From Dehalococcoidia bacterium (lineage in GTDB: Bacteria; Chloroflexota; Dehalococcoidia; Lucifugimonadales; SHYT01), in contig SHXZ01000002.1 in the NCBI GenBank assembly GCA_009693045.1, positions 22,816 through 86,815 on the forward strand: a stretch of 64,000 nt of DNA, given 5' to 3'. The first letter of the stretch is position 1, and each line of letters begins with the position of its first letter. A model generated the notes under the pieces. It had not been told where the DNA came from. It saw only the letters and a list, made by a program, of their open reading frames with translations, and did no database searches. The translations under genes were made by a program, and so were the position numbers. Of the stretch, positions 9,579-20,007 are shown piece after piece.

Positions 9579-9899
9579 ATGCCCCTTCAAGCAGTTGTCC
9601 AAACAGGCGGAAAGCAATACCGGGTCAAGGCCGGTGACGTTCTTGACGTGGAGCTGCTCGACGCTGCGCCCGGTGCCGAAGTCACGCTGACTGACGTGCG
9701 GTTCCTCTTCGACGGGGAGAAGGCGACGTCGGACAAGCAGGCGCTGGCGGGCGCGAAGGTCGTCGCCGAGGTGGAGTCCGTGCAAAAGGCTCCCAAGATC
9801 GTGGTGGGCAAGTTCAAGGCCAAGACCCACTACCGCAGGAAGACGGGGCATCGTCAGCAGCACACCCGGATCCGTGTGAAGGAAGTCGTCGCGGGCTGA
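9579..9899 (+). CDS. rplU: 50S ribosomal protein L21
   Basis: [12 protein letters not shown]...GHRQ. Confidence 0.95.
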   Translation: MPLQAVVQTGGKQYRVKAGDVLDVELLDAAPGAEVTLTDVRFLFDGEKATSDKQALAGAKVVAEVESVQKAPKIVVGKFKAKTHYRRKTGHRQQHTRIRVKEVVAG

Positions 9900-9927
9900 C
9901 GGGCTTGCGACTAACGAGGCAGAGAAC

Positions 9928-10200
9928 ATGGCGCACAAAAAGGCCGGCGGCTCCGTCCGCAACGGCCGCGACAGCCACGGCCAGCGACTTGGCGTGAAGC
10001 GGTATGACGGCGAGAACGTGCTGGCCGGAACGATCATCGTCCGGCAGCGCGGCAGTCACATTCTGGCCGGGAACAACGTGGGGATGGGGCGGGACTACAC
10101 CCTCTTCGCGCTCGCGGAGGGCAAGGTGAAGTTCAAGCACGTCACCAGGGACCGCAAGGCGGCGACAATCATTCCGATGGCGAGTGAGGCGACAGCGTGA
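9928..10200 (+). CDS. rpmA: 50S ribosomal protein L27
   Basis: [16 protein letters not shown]...RLGVK...IIVRQRG. Confidence 0.97.
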   Translation: MAHKKAGGSVRNGRDSHGQRLGVKRYDGENVLAGTIIVRQRGSHILAGNNVGMGRDYTLFALAEGKVKFKHVTRDRKAATIIPMASEATA

Positions 10201-10403
10201 AGACGGGCGTTCATCCAGCATGGTACCCTGAGGCGACACTTACGTGCCTGTGTGGCAACACGTTTAGCGTTGGCGCCACCAAGCCTGAGCTGCACGTGGA
10301 GATTTGCGGACGATGCCACCCCTTCTACACCGGGGACCAGCGAACCCTGATTGACACCGAGGGCCGCGTGGAGCGCCTCAAGCGCAGGTACAAGCTCAAG
10401 TAG
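10197..10403 (+). CDS. rpmE: 50S ribosomal protein L31, Zn-binding type
   Basis: MKTGVHP...CLCG...[10 protein letters not shown]...GRVER. Confidence 0.96.
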   Translation: MKTGVHPAWYPEATLTCLCGNTFSVGATKPELHVEICGRCHPFYTGDQRTLIDTEGRVERLKRRYKLK

Positions 10404-10481
10404 GCAGCGTCCATAGTAGCTCTCGGGGTGAGGTTTCCTCACCCCGTTTTTGTTTCGGCGATGAGCGAAGAGGGTCGGGAG

Positions 10482-11429
10482 ATGGCAGAGCAGCGGGCGG
10501 TGTACGGTGGCCAGGCCGTACTGGAGGGCGTGTTCATCCGCGGGCGGCACTCGCTGGCGCTGGCCGTCCGCCTGGCCAACGGCGCCATCCACACCGAGCT
10601 GCTGGCGTTCAACCCCAACCGCGCTCAGGGGCTGCGTCGTGTGCCGCTGGCGCGGGGCACGCTGGTGCTGTGGGAGACGCTCAGCATGGGCATCCGCGCG
10701 CTCAACCGCTCCGGCGAGCTCGCCGTGCAGTCGGCGGAGCAGCTGGAGCATCCCGACAAACCGGTGGAGTCCGCGGCAGCCAAGGGCGTTCTGACCGCCA
10801 CCCTGTTCATCGCGCTGGTCGTGGGCGTCGGGTTCTTCTTCATCCTGCCCCACTACGTCATACGGCTTCTTGACCCGTTCATTGCCTCGTCCATCGTCAG
10901 TAACGTGCTTGAGGGCGTGTTCCGCCTCAGCCTGCTGCTTGGCTACCTACTGGCTATCGGGCGCCTGGCCGACGTGAGGCGTCTTTTCCAGTACCACGGC
11001 GCCGAGCACATGAGCATCCACGCCATGGAGCACGGCGACCCGCTGACGCCGGAGCGCGTGGCCATCTACCCCACGGCTCACCCGCGGTGTGGAACGGCGT
11101 TTCTCCTGCTGGTGGCGGTGGTGTCGGTGGTGGTGTTCACGTTTCTTGGGAGGCCGGCCATCTGGATCAGCATTCTTTCCAGGGTGGCCTTGGTCCCGGT
11201 CATCGCCGGCGCCAGCTACGAGCTGCTGCGCCTGGGTGGGCGCGAAGGGGAACGCTGGTGGCTCCGGCCCTTCGTGCTGCCGGGACTACTGTTGCAGCGG
11301 CTTACGACGCGCCAGCCGGACGAGAAGCAGATTGAGGTTGTGATTGCCGCGCTGACGCTGGCGGTGGAAACGGACCATCAGGCGAGGGCGCAGAGCAACA
11401 GCACAACGCAGGGGACGGTGAAGCCATGA
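10482..11429 (+). CDS. DUF1385 membrane protein (YqhQ-like)
   Basis: GGQAVLEGV, YHGAEH, HPRCGT, LTTRQP motifs; usual position after rpmE. Confidence 0.88.
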   Translation: MAEQRAVYGGQAVLEGVFIRGRHSLALAVRLANGAIHTELLAFNPNRAQGLRRVPLARGTLVLWETLSMGIRALNRSGELAVQSAEQLEHPDKPVESAAAKGVLTATLFIALVVGVGFFFILPHYVIRLLDPFIASSIVSNVLEGVFRLSLLLGYLLAIGRLADVRRLFQYHGAEHMSIHAMEHGDPLTPERVAIYPTAHPRCGTAFLLLVAVVSVVVFTFLGRPAIWISILSRVALVPVIAGASYELLRLGGREGERWWLRPFVLPGLLLQRLTTRQPDEKQIEVVIAALTLAVETDHQARAQSNSTTQGTVKP

Positions 11430-12649
11430 CGCAGAATGCAATCACGGTGCTCCAGGAAGGCTCGGTCACCAGTGCCAAGGGGTTTGAGGCGGGGGTGACG
11501 TATGCCGGGCTGAAAGTGCAGCGAGACGGCGTCGTTGACCTGGGCATCTTGCTGAGCCGGCGCCCCTCCGCCGTTGCTGGGATGTTCACGAGCAGCAACA
11601 TCCGGTCGCCGTCTGTGACGCTGAGCCAGCGCCGGCTCGCGGTCGGCAAGACGCTCGGGGTGGTGGCGAACAGCGGGTGCGCCAACACGTGCGTCGGCGA
11701 GCAGGGGTACAAAGACGCTGAGGAATCCACCGCGCTGGCCGCCAGGCATCTTGGCCTGACCCCGGACGAGATCGTGATGTGCAGCACGGGCCTCATTGGC
11801 GCAGAGCTGCCCATGGCTCTCATCCGCGCGGGCATCCCCAAGATCACCATGTCGCCAACCGGCGGGCACGACTTCGCCAACGCCATCCGCACCACGGACA
11901 AGTTCGGCAAGGAGATCGCCGTCGCGCTGGACATCGGCGGCGCGCGGGTGACGCTGGGGGGATGCGCGAAGGGCGCGGGCATGATCCATCCGCAGATGGC
12001 GACGATGCTCGCGTTCCTGACCACCGACGCGAACGTTGAGCCGTCGTTCCTGAAGGATGCGCTCAAGGAGGCGGTGGACGCGACGTTCAACATGGTGAGC
12101 GTGGACGGCGACATGAGCACCAACGACACGGTGTTGCTCTTCGCCAACGGCGCTGCGGGCGGGCCGGCCATTCGCGCGGGCACTTCCGACGCCGCGAAGT
12201 TTCAGCAAGCCTTGCACCACGTCTCGCGGCACTTGTCCCACGAGATCGTCCGCGACGGGGAAGGCGCGACGAAGGTGATGGAAGTGACGGTGGCCGGCGC
12301 GCGGACGCTGGCGGACGCGCGGGTCGCGGCGCGGAGCATCTCCAGCTCGCTGCTGGTTAAGGCGGCGGTTCACGGCAACGACCCCAACTGGGGCCGCATC
12401 ATGATGGCCGTGGGCAAGAGCCAGGCGTACCTGGAGGAAGACAAGATTGGCGTCTACCTCAACGACGTCTGCCTGATGGAGCACGGGCTGCCCATCCCTT
12501 TCTTCCGAGAGGCGGTGGTGGCGTCCATGCGAAGCAACCCAACGGTCCGGTTCCGAGTAGAGCTGAACATCGGCAGTGCTTCCGCGACCGCGTGGGGATG
12601 TGATATCAGCCAGGAGTACGTGCACTTCAACAGCGCGTACGTGACATAG
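11426..12649 (+). CDS. argJ: glutamate N-acetyltransferase / ornithine acetyltransferase
   Basis: NSGCAN, STGLIG, KGAGMIHPQMATML autocleavage site, DGDMSTND, DGEGATK. Confidence 0.95.
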   Translation: MTQNAITVLQEGSVTSAKGFEAGVTYAGLKVQRDGVVDLGILLSRRPSAVAGMFTSSNIRSPSVTLSQRRLAVGKTLGVVANSGCANTCVGEQGYKDAEESTALAARHLGLTPDEIVMCSTGLIGAELPMALIRAGIPKITMSPTGGHDFANAIRTTDKFGKEIAVALDIGGARVTLGGCAKGAGMIHPQMATMLAFLTTDANVEPSFLKDALKEAVDATFNMVSVDGDMSTNDTVLLFANGAAGGPAIRAGTSDAAKFQQALHHVSRHLSHEIVRDGEGATKVMEVTVAGARTLADARVAARSISSSLLVKAAVHGNDPNWGRIMMAVGKSQAYLEEDKIGVYLNDVCLMEHGLPIPFFREAVVASMRSNPTVRFRVELNIGSASATAWGCDISQEYVHFNSAYVT

Positions 12650-12662
12650 TCAGAGGAAGGCG

Positions 12663-13220
12663 ATGAGCAGTAGGCGCGCATCGGCGGCGCCATCAAAGCA
12701 GCAAGCCTCGGTTGGCAATCAAGGCGCGGTGACGTTCCGGGCCGCCAGGGAGGCCGACGTTCCGGCCATCACCGAGATCTTCAACCAGGGCGTGGAGGAC
12801 GGCATGGCGACGCTGGACCCGCCGCACACGGTGGGGCAGAGGGTGGCGTGGTTCCGGGAGCACGGCTCTAACGAGCCGGTCATCGTCGCCGAGAGCGGCG
12901 GCCAGGTGGTCGGATGGGCCTCGCTGAGCCAGTGGAGCGCGCGGATGTGCTACGATACCGTCAAGGAGTTGTCCATTTACGTGAGGCGAGAGTGGCGTGG
13001 CAAAGGGGTCGGCGAAGCGCTGCTGTCGCGGCTGCTCCAGCGAGGACAGGGCCTTGGCCTGCATAAGGTGACCCTGTTCTGCTTCCCGGAGAACGCCGCC
13101 GGGGTGAAGCTGTACCGAAGGCTAGGTTTCGTGGACGTGGGCGTGTTCCGGAGTCACGGCGTCCGGAACGGCATTTGGCACGACATTCTTGCCATGGAAC
13201 GGCAGCTGACCGACCACTAG
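12663..13220 (+). CDS. GNAT acetyltransferase, phosphinothricin/arsinothricin acetyltransferase-like
   Basis: IFNQGVEDGMATL...GWASL...ELSIYV..WRGKGVG...N..GVKLY..LGF. Confidence 0.8.
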   Translation: MSSRRASAAPSKQQASVGNQGAVTFRAAREADVPAITEIFNQGVEDGMATLDPPHTVGQRVAWFREHGSNEPVIVAESGGQVVGWASLSQWSARMCYDTVKELSIYVRREWRGKGVGEALLSRLLQRGQGLGLHKVTLFCFPENAAGVKLYRRLGFVDVGVFRSHGVRNGIWHDILAMERQLTDH

Positions 13221-13355
13221 GCCCGAAACGAGGCGGGCACAGGTTAGAGAATCAGGGTATAGGGGCGGCTTCAGGCCGCTCTTATACTATGGAGCAGCCG
13301 CCTGCCGTGGTGGCCTGCGCCACATCCCTTGGTCAACACGACGAGGAGCGCCCGT

Positions 13356-14153
13356 ATGAGCACGAGCAACCGCCAAAAGCCCGTGGTGGTCAAGATTGGC
13401 GGCAGTACCCTTGGCGCCAATGACACCACGTTTCAGGACGTGGCCGCGCTGCAACGCCGGGGCACCCCTGTGGTGGTGGTCCACGGCGGCGGTAAGGTCA
13501 TCACGGACTGGATGCAGAAGCTGGGCGTACAGGCGCGGTTCGTGCGGGGCCTGCGCGTGACCGACGCTCCTTCGCTTGAGGTGGTCGTCGCGGTGCTCTG
13601 CGGGCTGGTGAACAAGCAGCTCGTGGCGGATATGGCCGCCGCGGGCGCGCGGGCGCTCGGCATGAGCGGCGTGGACGGCGGGATGCTCAGTGGACGTGTG
13701 CTTGACGCAGAGCTGGGCTACGTGGGCGAGGTAACGCACGTGGAGCCGAAACCCGTGCTGGATGCCCTCGCCGCGGGCTACGTGCCGGTCATCGCGCCCG
13801 TGGCGCTGAACCACGCGGTCGCCAAGGGAACGCCCGCGTTCCTGAACGTGAATGCGGACACGGCGGCGGGTGAGCTGGCGGCCGCGCTCGGCGCGGAACG
13901 CCTCATCTTTCTCACGGACGTTGAGGGCGTGCTGGACGGCGACAAGAAGCTGGTGCGGTGGCTTGCGCCGACCGGCGCCAGGGCGCTCATCAGCTCCGGC
14001 GTTGCCGGCGGAGGCATGATCCCCAAGCTGGAGGCGTGCCTGAAGGCGCTCTCCTCCGCGCCGTGCGCGCAGATCATTGACGGGCGTATCCCGAACGCGC
14101 TCATGGACGCCCTGGCCGGCAAGCAGGCCGGTACGCTGATGGAACGAGGCTAG
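13356..14153 (+). CDS. argB: acetylglutamate kinase
   Basis: VVKIGG, VHGGG, GLRVTD, NVNAD, LTDVEG, GGMIPK. Confidence 0.95.
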   Translation: MSTSNRQKPVVVKIGGSTLGANDTTFQDVAALQRRGTPVVVVHGGGKVITDWMQKLGVQARFVRGLRVTDAPSLEVVVAVLCGLVNKQLVADMAAAGARALGMSGVDGGMLSGRVLDAELGYVGEVTHVEPKPVLDALAAGYVPVIAPVALNHAVAKGTPAFLNVNADTAAGELAAALGAERLIFLTDVEGVLDGDKKLVRWLAPTGARALISSGVAGGGMIPKLEACLKALSSAPCAQIIDGRIPNALMDALAGKQAGTLMERG

Positions 14154-14157
14154 AACG

Positions 14158-16941
14158 ATGTCGCAATTTCCCCAGGGCCCGCGCAACGGATCGCCGCCCA
14201 ACGTAGCGATGCCGCCACAGTGGAAGCCGGCGCTCCTCATCGCAGGCGTCATCGGCGGTATCGTCGTTTTGCTCATTGTGCTGGCATGGCTGCGGCAGGT
14301 CTGGACGGACCTGATGTGGTTTGACAGCCTTGGGTACCAAGACGTGTACACGAAGATATTGACGACGAAGATATGGCTCTTCTTTGCGAGCGCGGCGGCC
14401 TTTGCCGTACTCGCTGCGGGCAACATGTGGGCGGTATACCGCTACAGCACAGGGCCGGTCGTTCAGCTCATACCGCAGGTCGACTACAAGGCGCTGCAGC
14501 GTCTCACGCTGCTTGGCGTGGGGTTCGTTCTGCTGATAGCCGCGGTCATCTTCGGGTCCGCGGCCGCGAGCCGGTGGGAGACCGTGCTCTCGTTCTCCAG
14601 CGCGGCCAGCTTCGGCGTCGCCGATCCACAGTTCGGCAAAGATGTGGCTTTCTTCGTCTTCGGGCTCCCACTCTACAGCTTTATCCAGGGGTGGTTCCTG
14701 GGCGCGTTCATCGTCATCTTGATCCTGAGCCTGTTGCTGCACGTCGTGCTGGTCAGCCTCCGCGGAGGACAGCTCGTAGCCACGAGGCCGCTGCTCGTTC
14801 ACGCGTCGTCGTTGGGCGTTGGGATACTTCTGGCGTTTTTCTTCAACTACTGGATCGGGATCTTTGAGCTCTCGTTCTCCCAGCGCGGCGCCGTCTTCGG
14901 GGCGACCTACGCCGATGTCACCGCCCGCGTCTTTGCGCACCGCATGCTCATGGCGGTGATGGTAGGCGGCGCCGGGCTGCTCCTTTTCAACGCGTTCGTG
15001 CTCCGGCAGCTGAGGCTGATCGGCGCGGTGGTTGGGCTCTGGTTTGGCGCGGCACTGCTCGTGGGGCTGCTCTATCCGGGCCTGGTGCAGCGGTTCCGAG
15101 TGCAGCCAAGCGAGCTGGATAAAGAGCGTCCCTACATAGAGCGTAACATCGCGGCGACCCGCCAGGCATTCGGATTGGATAACATCGGGGAGAACACGTA
15201 CAACATCAGCGGCAAGAGCCTGTCACAAGACATTGTGGATGCGAACCCGGAGACCTTTCTGAACCTGCGGCTGTGGGATCACCGGCCCCTCAAAGATGTG
15301 CTGAACCAGATCCAGGTCTTCCGCACGTACTACAGCTTCAACGACGTGGACGTGGACCGTTACGTTGTGAACGGGCGGTACCGCCAGGTGATGCTGGCGG
15401 TGCGCGAATTGAGCCCCGAGAGCCTGCCCGCCGAGGCGCAGGCCAAGTGGGTCAACCGCCACCTCAAGTGGACGCACGGCCAGGGCGTGGCGATGGCGCC
15501 GGTGACGGAGTTCACGTCGGACGGGAGGCCGGTGTTCTTGCTGAAGGACGTGCCGCCCTCCGGCATCCTGAAGATTGAGCAGCCCGCCGTCTACTACGGA
15601 GAGACCAACCAGCAGTACGTCATCGTCAACTCGCGTGAGGAGGAGGTGGACTACCCCACCGAGGCCGACCTGCCGGTGTACGTGAAGTACCAGGGTACCG
15701 GCGGCGTGGCGCTCAGCAGCTTCTGGCGACGCCTCGCCTACGCCTGGCAGCTCCGCGACGTGAACATCCTCATCAGCAGCGAGTTGCCCAAAGAGAGCCG
15801 CCTTATGTACCGGCGGACGGTCCAGGAGGAGATACGCACCATCACGCCCTTCCTCCGGCTGGACCGCGACCCGTACATCGTTGTCGCGGATGGCGGTCTG
15901 TTCTGGATTCAGGACGCCTATACGGTCACGGCGCGCTATCCGAACTCGGATCCTTCTCCGGAAGGATTCAACTACATCCGGAACAGCGTGAAGGTGGTGG
16001 TGGACGCCTACAACGGGACGGCGACGTACTACGTTGCGGACCCGAACGACCCGCTCGTGCTCACCTACCGGAGCATCTTCCCTTCGTTGTTCCAACCGAT
16101 GGACAAAATGCCCCCGGCTCTGCGGGCGCACGTTCGCTATCCTGAGGGGCTGTTTCAGGTCCAAGCGAACAAATACCTCACATACCACATGAAAGACGCC
16201 ACGGTCTTCTTCAACAAGGAGGACCAGTGGAGCATCCCCAACGAGCTGTTCTTTGAGGCGCCGCAGCCGATGGAGCCGTACTACCTGATCATGAAGCTGC
16301 CCGGCCAGGTCAAGGAAGAGTTTGCGCTGTTGTTGCCATTCACACCGGCCAAGCGGCCAAACCTGGTAGCGTGGGTGGCAGCACGCATGGATGGCGAGCA
16401 CTACGGCAAGATGGAGGTGTTCACCTTCCCCAAGGACCGTCAGGTGGACGGCCCTGAGCAGGTGGAGGCGCGCATTGACAACGACCCGGTCGTCCGCACG
16501 GAGGTCGCGTTGTATAAGCAGGGCGGCGCCAAAGTACTGCGCGGCAACCTGTTGGTCATCCCAGTAGAGAACACGCTGGTGTACGTGGAGCCGTTGTACT
16601 TGCAGCCGGCCTCGCTGCCGTTCCCTGAATTGACCCGCGTCATCATGGTGGATGGCACGCGGGTATCCATGCACAAGTCAGTGAGGGAGACCCTGGCTGC
16701 GCTGCTCGGTTCACAGCAGACGGTGCTGGGCTCGGCGGGATCGTCACCCATCGTCCCGAGTACGCAGCCCGGTGCGCCCGCCGCGGCTCCGGCCGCCAAC
16801 ACGTCCGCGCCGGCCACGGTCCCGCAACGGTTGAGCGAGGCCAACAGCGCAATTAAGGGGATTCAGGAACAGTTGAACACCTTGCAGGCGGTCTTCGAGG
16901 ACATCAGACGCCAACTGCAGCCGCAAGGAGGTGGACGATGA
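14158..16941 (+). CDS. UPF0182 family membrane protein
   Basis: WFDSLGY, DPQFGKD, GATYAD, RLWD, DVDRY, THG, NYIRNSVK, GNLLVIP. Confidence 0.92.
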   Translation: MSQFPQGPRNGSPPNVAMPPQWKPALLIAGVIGGIVVLLIVLAWLRQVWTDLMWFDSLGYQDVYTKILTTKIWLFFASAAAFAVLAAGNMWAVYRYSTGPVVQLIPQVDYKALQRLTLLGVGFVLLIAAVIFGSAAASRWETVLSFSSAASFGVADPQFGKDVAFFVFGLPLYSFIQGWFLGAFIVILILSLLLHVVLVSLRGGQLVATRPLLVHASSLGVGILLAFFFNYWIGIFELSFSQRGAVFGATYADVTARVFAHRMLMAVMVGGAGLLLFNAFVLRQLRLIGAVVGLWFGAALLVGLLYPGLVQRFRVQPSELDKERPYIERNIAATRQAFGLDNIGENTYNISGKSLSQDIVDANPETFLNLRLWDHRPLKDVLNQIQVFRTYYSFNDVDVDRYVVNGRYRQVMLAVRELSPESLPAEAQAKWVNRHLKWTHGQGVAMAPVTEFTSDGRPVFLLKDVPPSGILKIEQPAVYYGETNQQYVIVNSREEEVDYPTEADLPVYVKYQGTGGVALSSFWRRLAYAWQLRDVNILISSELPKESRLMYRRTVQEEIRTITPFLRLDRDPYIVVADGGLFWIQDAYTVTARYPNSDPSPEGFNYIRNSVKVVVDAYNGTATYYVADPNDPLVLTYRSIFPSLFQPMDKMPPALRAHVRYPEGLFQVQANKYLTYHMKDATVFFNKEDQWSIPNELFFEAPQPMEPYYLIMKLPGQVKEEFALLLPFTPAKRPNLVAWVAARMDGEHYGKMEVFTFPKDRQVDGPEQVEARIDNDPVVRTEVALYKQGGAKVLRGNLLVIPVENTLVYVEPLYLQPASLPFPELTRVIMVDGTRVSMHKSVRETLAALLGSQQTVLGSAGSSPIVPSTQPGAPAAAPAANTSAPATVPQRLSEANSAIKGIQEQLNTLQAVFEDIRRQLQPQGGGR

Positions 16942-18131
16942 CCACGGATTGGATTGCCCTTGAACAACAGTACTACATGACCACGCGCCGCCAGCCCATC
17001 GTCATCGTGCGAGGGCAGGGTACCCGCGTGTGGGACGACAAGGGCAAGGAGTACCTGGACTTCACCGCAGGCTGGGCGGTCAACAACATCGGCCACTGCC
17101 ACCCCGCTGTAGTCAAGGCGATCCAGGAGCAGGCCGCCACGCTCACGCAGACCTCCAACCAGTTTTACACCGTCCCGCAGGTCCAGCTTGCCAAGGTGCT
17201 GGTGGAGCAGAGCGGCCTGGACAAAGTCTTTTTCTGCAACAGCGGCGCGGAGGCCAACGAAGGGGCCATCAAGCTGGCGCGCAAGTACGGGCGCGACCAC
17301 CGAAACGGCGCGTACGAGATCATATGCGCGGATCACTCGTTCCACGGCCGCACGCTCGCAGCAGTGGCGGCCACGGGGCACCCAGCGTACCAGGAGCCGT
17401 TCAAGCCGATGCCCGAAGGCTTCGTCCACGTACCCTTCAACGACATTGAGGCCGTCAAGCTCGCCACCACGCCCAAGACCTGCGCCGTCATGCTGGAGCC
17501 GGTCCAGGGCGAGGGCGGCGTCAACGTGCCCTCCCGCGATTACCTGCGGCAGGTGCGCCAGTGGTGCGACGAGCAGGGCCTGCTGCTCATCCTGGACGAG
17601 GTGCAGACGGGCATGGGCCGCCTGGGGACGCTATTCGGCTGGCAGCACTTTGACGCCAAGCCGGACGTGATGACGCTGGCCAAGGGCCTCGGCGGCGGCG
17701 TGCCCATCGGCGCGTTCATGGCGCGGGCGAGCTGCGCCGTCCTCGTCCCCGGCGAGCACGGCTCCACCTTCGGCGGCAACCCGCTGGTCTGCGCCGCCGC
17801 GTACGCCGCGACGTCGTGGATCATTGAGCACGACTGCTCGGCCAACGCCGTCAAGATGGGCGCGAGGCTGATGAGCGGCCTCAAGGCGCTCCAGCGCCAG
17901 CATCCAAGAGAGGTTAAAGAGGTGCGCGGCGTGGGGCTTCTCCAGGCCATCGAGACGCACCGGGATCTTGCCCCCAAAATCATCGCCGAATGCAATGCGG
18001 AGGGGCTTCTGCTCAACCCTGTGCGGCCTACCATTGTGCGCTTCATGCCGCCGCTGACCGTGACGGAGCAAGAGGTGGACGAGGCGCTGGCGAAGTTCGG
18101 GCGGGCGTTTACGCGGGCGATCGCAAACTAG
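16938..18131 (+). CDS. argD: acetylornithine aminotransferase
   Basis: NSGAEANE, FHGRT, EPVQGEGG, DEVQTG, TLAKGLGGG, HGSTFGGNP. Confidence 0.93.
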   Translation: MTTDWIALEQQYYMTTRRQPIVIVRGQGTRVWDDKGKEYLDFTAGWAVNNIGHCHPAVVKAIQEQAATLTQTSNQFYTVPQVQLAKVLVEQSGLDKVFFCNSGAEANEGAIKLARKYGRDHRNGAYEIICADHSFHGRTLAAVAATGHPAYQEPFKPMPEGFVHVPFNDIEAVKLATTPKTCAVMLEPVQGEGGVNVPSRDYLRQVRQWCDEQGLLLILDEVQTGMGRLGTLFGWQHFDAKPDVMTLAKGLGGGVPIGAFMARASCAVLVPGEHGSTFGGNPLVCAAAYAATSWIIEHDCSANAVKMGARLMSGLKALQRQHPREVKEVRGVGLLQAIETHRDLAPKIIAECNAEGLLLNPVRPTIVRFMPPLTVTEQEVDEALAKFGRAFTRAIAN

Positions 18132-18226
18132 GGACTGCCCGACAAGAACAGCGCCCTAAAGGGCGAGGTATAGAGTGCGCCCTTGAGGGTGCGGGCTGGA
18201 AGGCAAACCAGGACTCGGAGCTGTCT

Positions 18227-19468
18227 GTGACGACCAAAAAGAACACCATCGTCCTGGCCTACAGCGGCGGTCTGGACACCACCACGGCCATCCCGTGGCT
18301 CAAGGAGAAGTTCAGCGCGGACGTGGTCGCGTTGACGGTGGACGTGGGCCAGCCGGGTGACATGGAGGAGACGCGCCGCCGCGCCATCCAGGTGGGCGCG
18401 CTCAAGGCCCTTGTGGCGGACGGGCGGGAAGCCTTCGTGCGCGAGTTCGTGTGGCCAGCGCTCAAGGCGGGCGCGGTGTACGAGGGCGAATACCCCCTCG
18501 CGACGGCCCTCTCGCGGCCCCTCATCGCCCGCTTGCTGGCCGAGGCCGCCGTCGCCGAAGGCGCGTTCGCCGTCGCGCATGGCTGCACGGGCAAGGGCAA
18601 TGACCAAGTGCGTATTGAGCTGGGCATCATGGCGCTGGCGCCGCAGCTCAAGGTCATCGCCCCGGCGCGCGAGTGGGGCATGAGCCGCGACGAGGAGGTG
18701 GAGTACCTCCGTCGGCGCAAGCTTCCGACTCCCCCGGCAAAAACGACAAAATTCTCCATTGACGAGAACCTATGGGGTCGCTCCACCGAGGCCGGCCCGC
18801 TGGAAGACCCCTGGCACGAGCCGCCGGAGGAGGCCTACGGGTGGACGGCGTCCGCCGCCGACGCTCCCGCGGAGCCGACGTACCTGAAGTTGGAGTTCGC
18901 GCAGGGCGTCCCCGTCGCCGTCAACGGCGCGAGCATGACGCCGCTGGCGCTGGTCCAGCACCTCAACACCATCGCGGGCCGGAACGGCGTTGGGCGCATA
19001 GACCACCTGGAGAACCGGCTCGTGGGCATCAAGTCGCGGGAGGTGTACGAGGCCCCCGCAGCGGTGGTGCTGCACAAGGCGCGCCGCGCACTGGAGGCCA
19101 TCACGCTCGCCAAGGAGCAGCAGCGCTTTCGTGACATGGTGGCACAGCAGTACGCCGACCTGGTGTACAACGGCCAGTGGTTCTCGGTGCACCGCCAGGA
19201 CCTGGACGCCTACGTGGCTAGCCTGGAGCGGTACGTCTCTGGCACCGTGCGCGTGAAGCTGCACCGTGGCGCGAGTACGGTCGTCGGGCGTAAGTCGCCG
19301 CACGGCCTCTACGCGTACGAGCTTGCCACGTACGACAAGGCCGACCAGTTTGACCACAAGGCCGCCGAGGGGTTCATCCAGGTTTGGGGTCTGCCCATCA
19401 AGACGCAGGCGCGGCGCGGCCGGGCCGCAGGCCCGGACCCCTCACGACGAAGCGAGGAGACTCGTTAG
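18227..19468 (+). CDS. argG: argininosuccinate synthase
   Basis: VLAYSGGLDT, HGCTGKGNDQVR, DENLWGRS, ENRLVGIKSRE; GTG start after GGAG. Confidence 0.95.
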   Translation: MTTKKNTIVLAYSGGLDTTTAIPWLKEKFSADVVALTVDVGQPGDMEETRRRAIQVGALKALVADGREAFVREFVWPALKAGAVYEGEYPLATALSRPLIARLLAEAAVAEGAFAVAHGCTGKGNDQVRIELGIMALAPQLKVIAPAREWGMSRDEEVEYLRRRKLPTPPAKTTKFSIDENLWGRSTEAGPLEDPWHEPPEEAYGWTASAADAPAEPTYLKLEFAQGVPVAVNGASMTPLALVQHLNTIAGRNGVGRIDHLENRLVGIKSREVYEAPAAVVLHKARRALEAITLAKEQQRFRDMVAQQYADLVYNGQWFSVHRQDLDAYVASLERYVSGTVRVKLHRGASTVVGRKSPHGLYAYELATYDKADQFDHKAAEGFIQVWGLPIKTQARRGRAAGPDPSRRSEETR

Positions 19469-19511
19469 ACAAGGCACATACCGGCAGGAACAGCTAACGC
19501 GGCTGAAGAAT

Positions 19512-19550
19512 CGGGGGAGTCCAGAGGGGGCCGGTGGTCCCCTCTGGCGT
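19512..19550. repeat. GGGGAGTCCAGAGGGG...CCCCTCTGG palindromic repeat
   Basis: ccagagggg-N-cccctctgg inverted repeat downstream of argG. Confidence 0.5.
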
Positions 19551-19559
19551 TTCCCAGTG

Positions 19560-19774
19560 GTGGCCGAAGCCATAGGGGTGTGCCCTGTGCCCCAGGTGAC
19601 AATGGATGCCATGCGCGTTCGGGTGGCGTGGGCGCCATGAGGAACCTGCCGCTGGAGCGTTCCTATCGTGACGCGTCGTCCATGATCATCGGCGAGGGGG
19701 CCGACGAGGTGCAGCGGCTGCGCATCGCCCGGCAGTTGTTGCAGCGGTATAAGATAGAGGCAGCCGTGCGTTGA
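19560..19774 (+). pseudogene. acyl-CoA dehydrogenase C-terminal fragment (frameshifted)
   Basis: VTMDAMRV / GGVGAMRNLPLERSYRDASSMIIGEGADEVQRLRIAR in two frames. Confidence 0.75.
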
Positions 19775-19797
19775 GGGCTTGTACTCAGAGGTGATCA

Positions 19798-20007
19798 GTG
19801 ACAACTCACACGTTCGCAGCCGTTGTCCATAAAGAGGAAGATCTCTATGTGGCGGAATGTCCGGAAGTCGGAACAGTCAGTCAAGGCCATACACTAGAAG
19901 AAGCTGTGGCCAATCTGAAAGAGGCGACGGAGCTTTACCTTGAGGAGTTTCCAACGCCGCAGTCATTGCGTAGGTATTTGACTACGTTTGAAGTTGTTGC
20001 GGCGTGA
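19798..20007 (+). CDS. HicB-family antitoxin (short)
   Basis: YVAECPEVGTVSQGHTLEEAVANLKEATELYLE. Confidence 0.88.
   Translation: MTTHTFAAVVHKEEDLYVAECPEVGTVSQGHTLEEAVANLKEATELYLEEFPTPQSLRRYLTTFEVVAA

Noticed and set aside
17990-18226. N-terminal extension of ArgG
   Set aside because: Overlaps argD; GTG 18227 has an RBS and matches the normal ArgG start.
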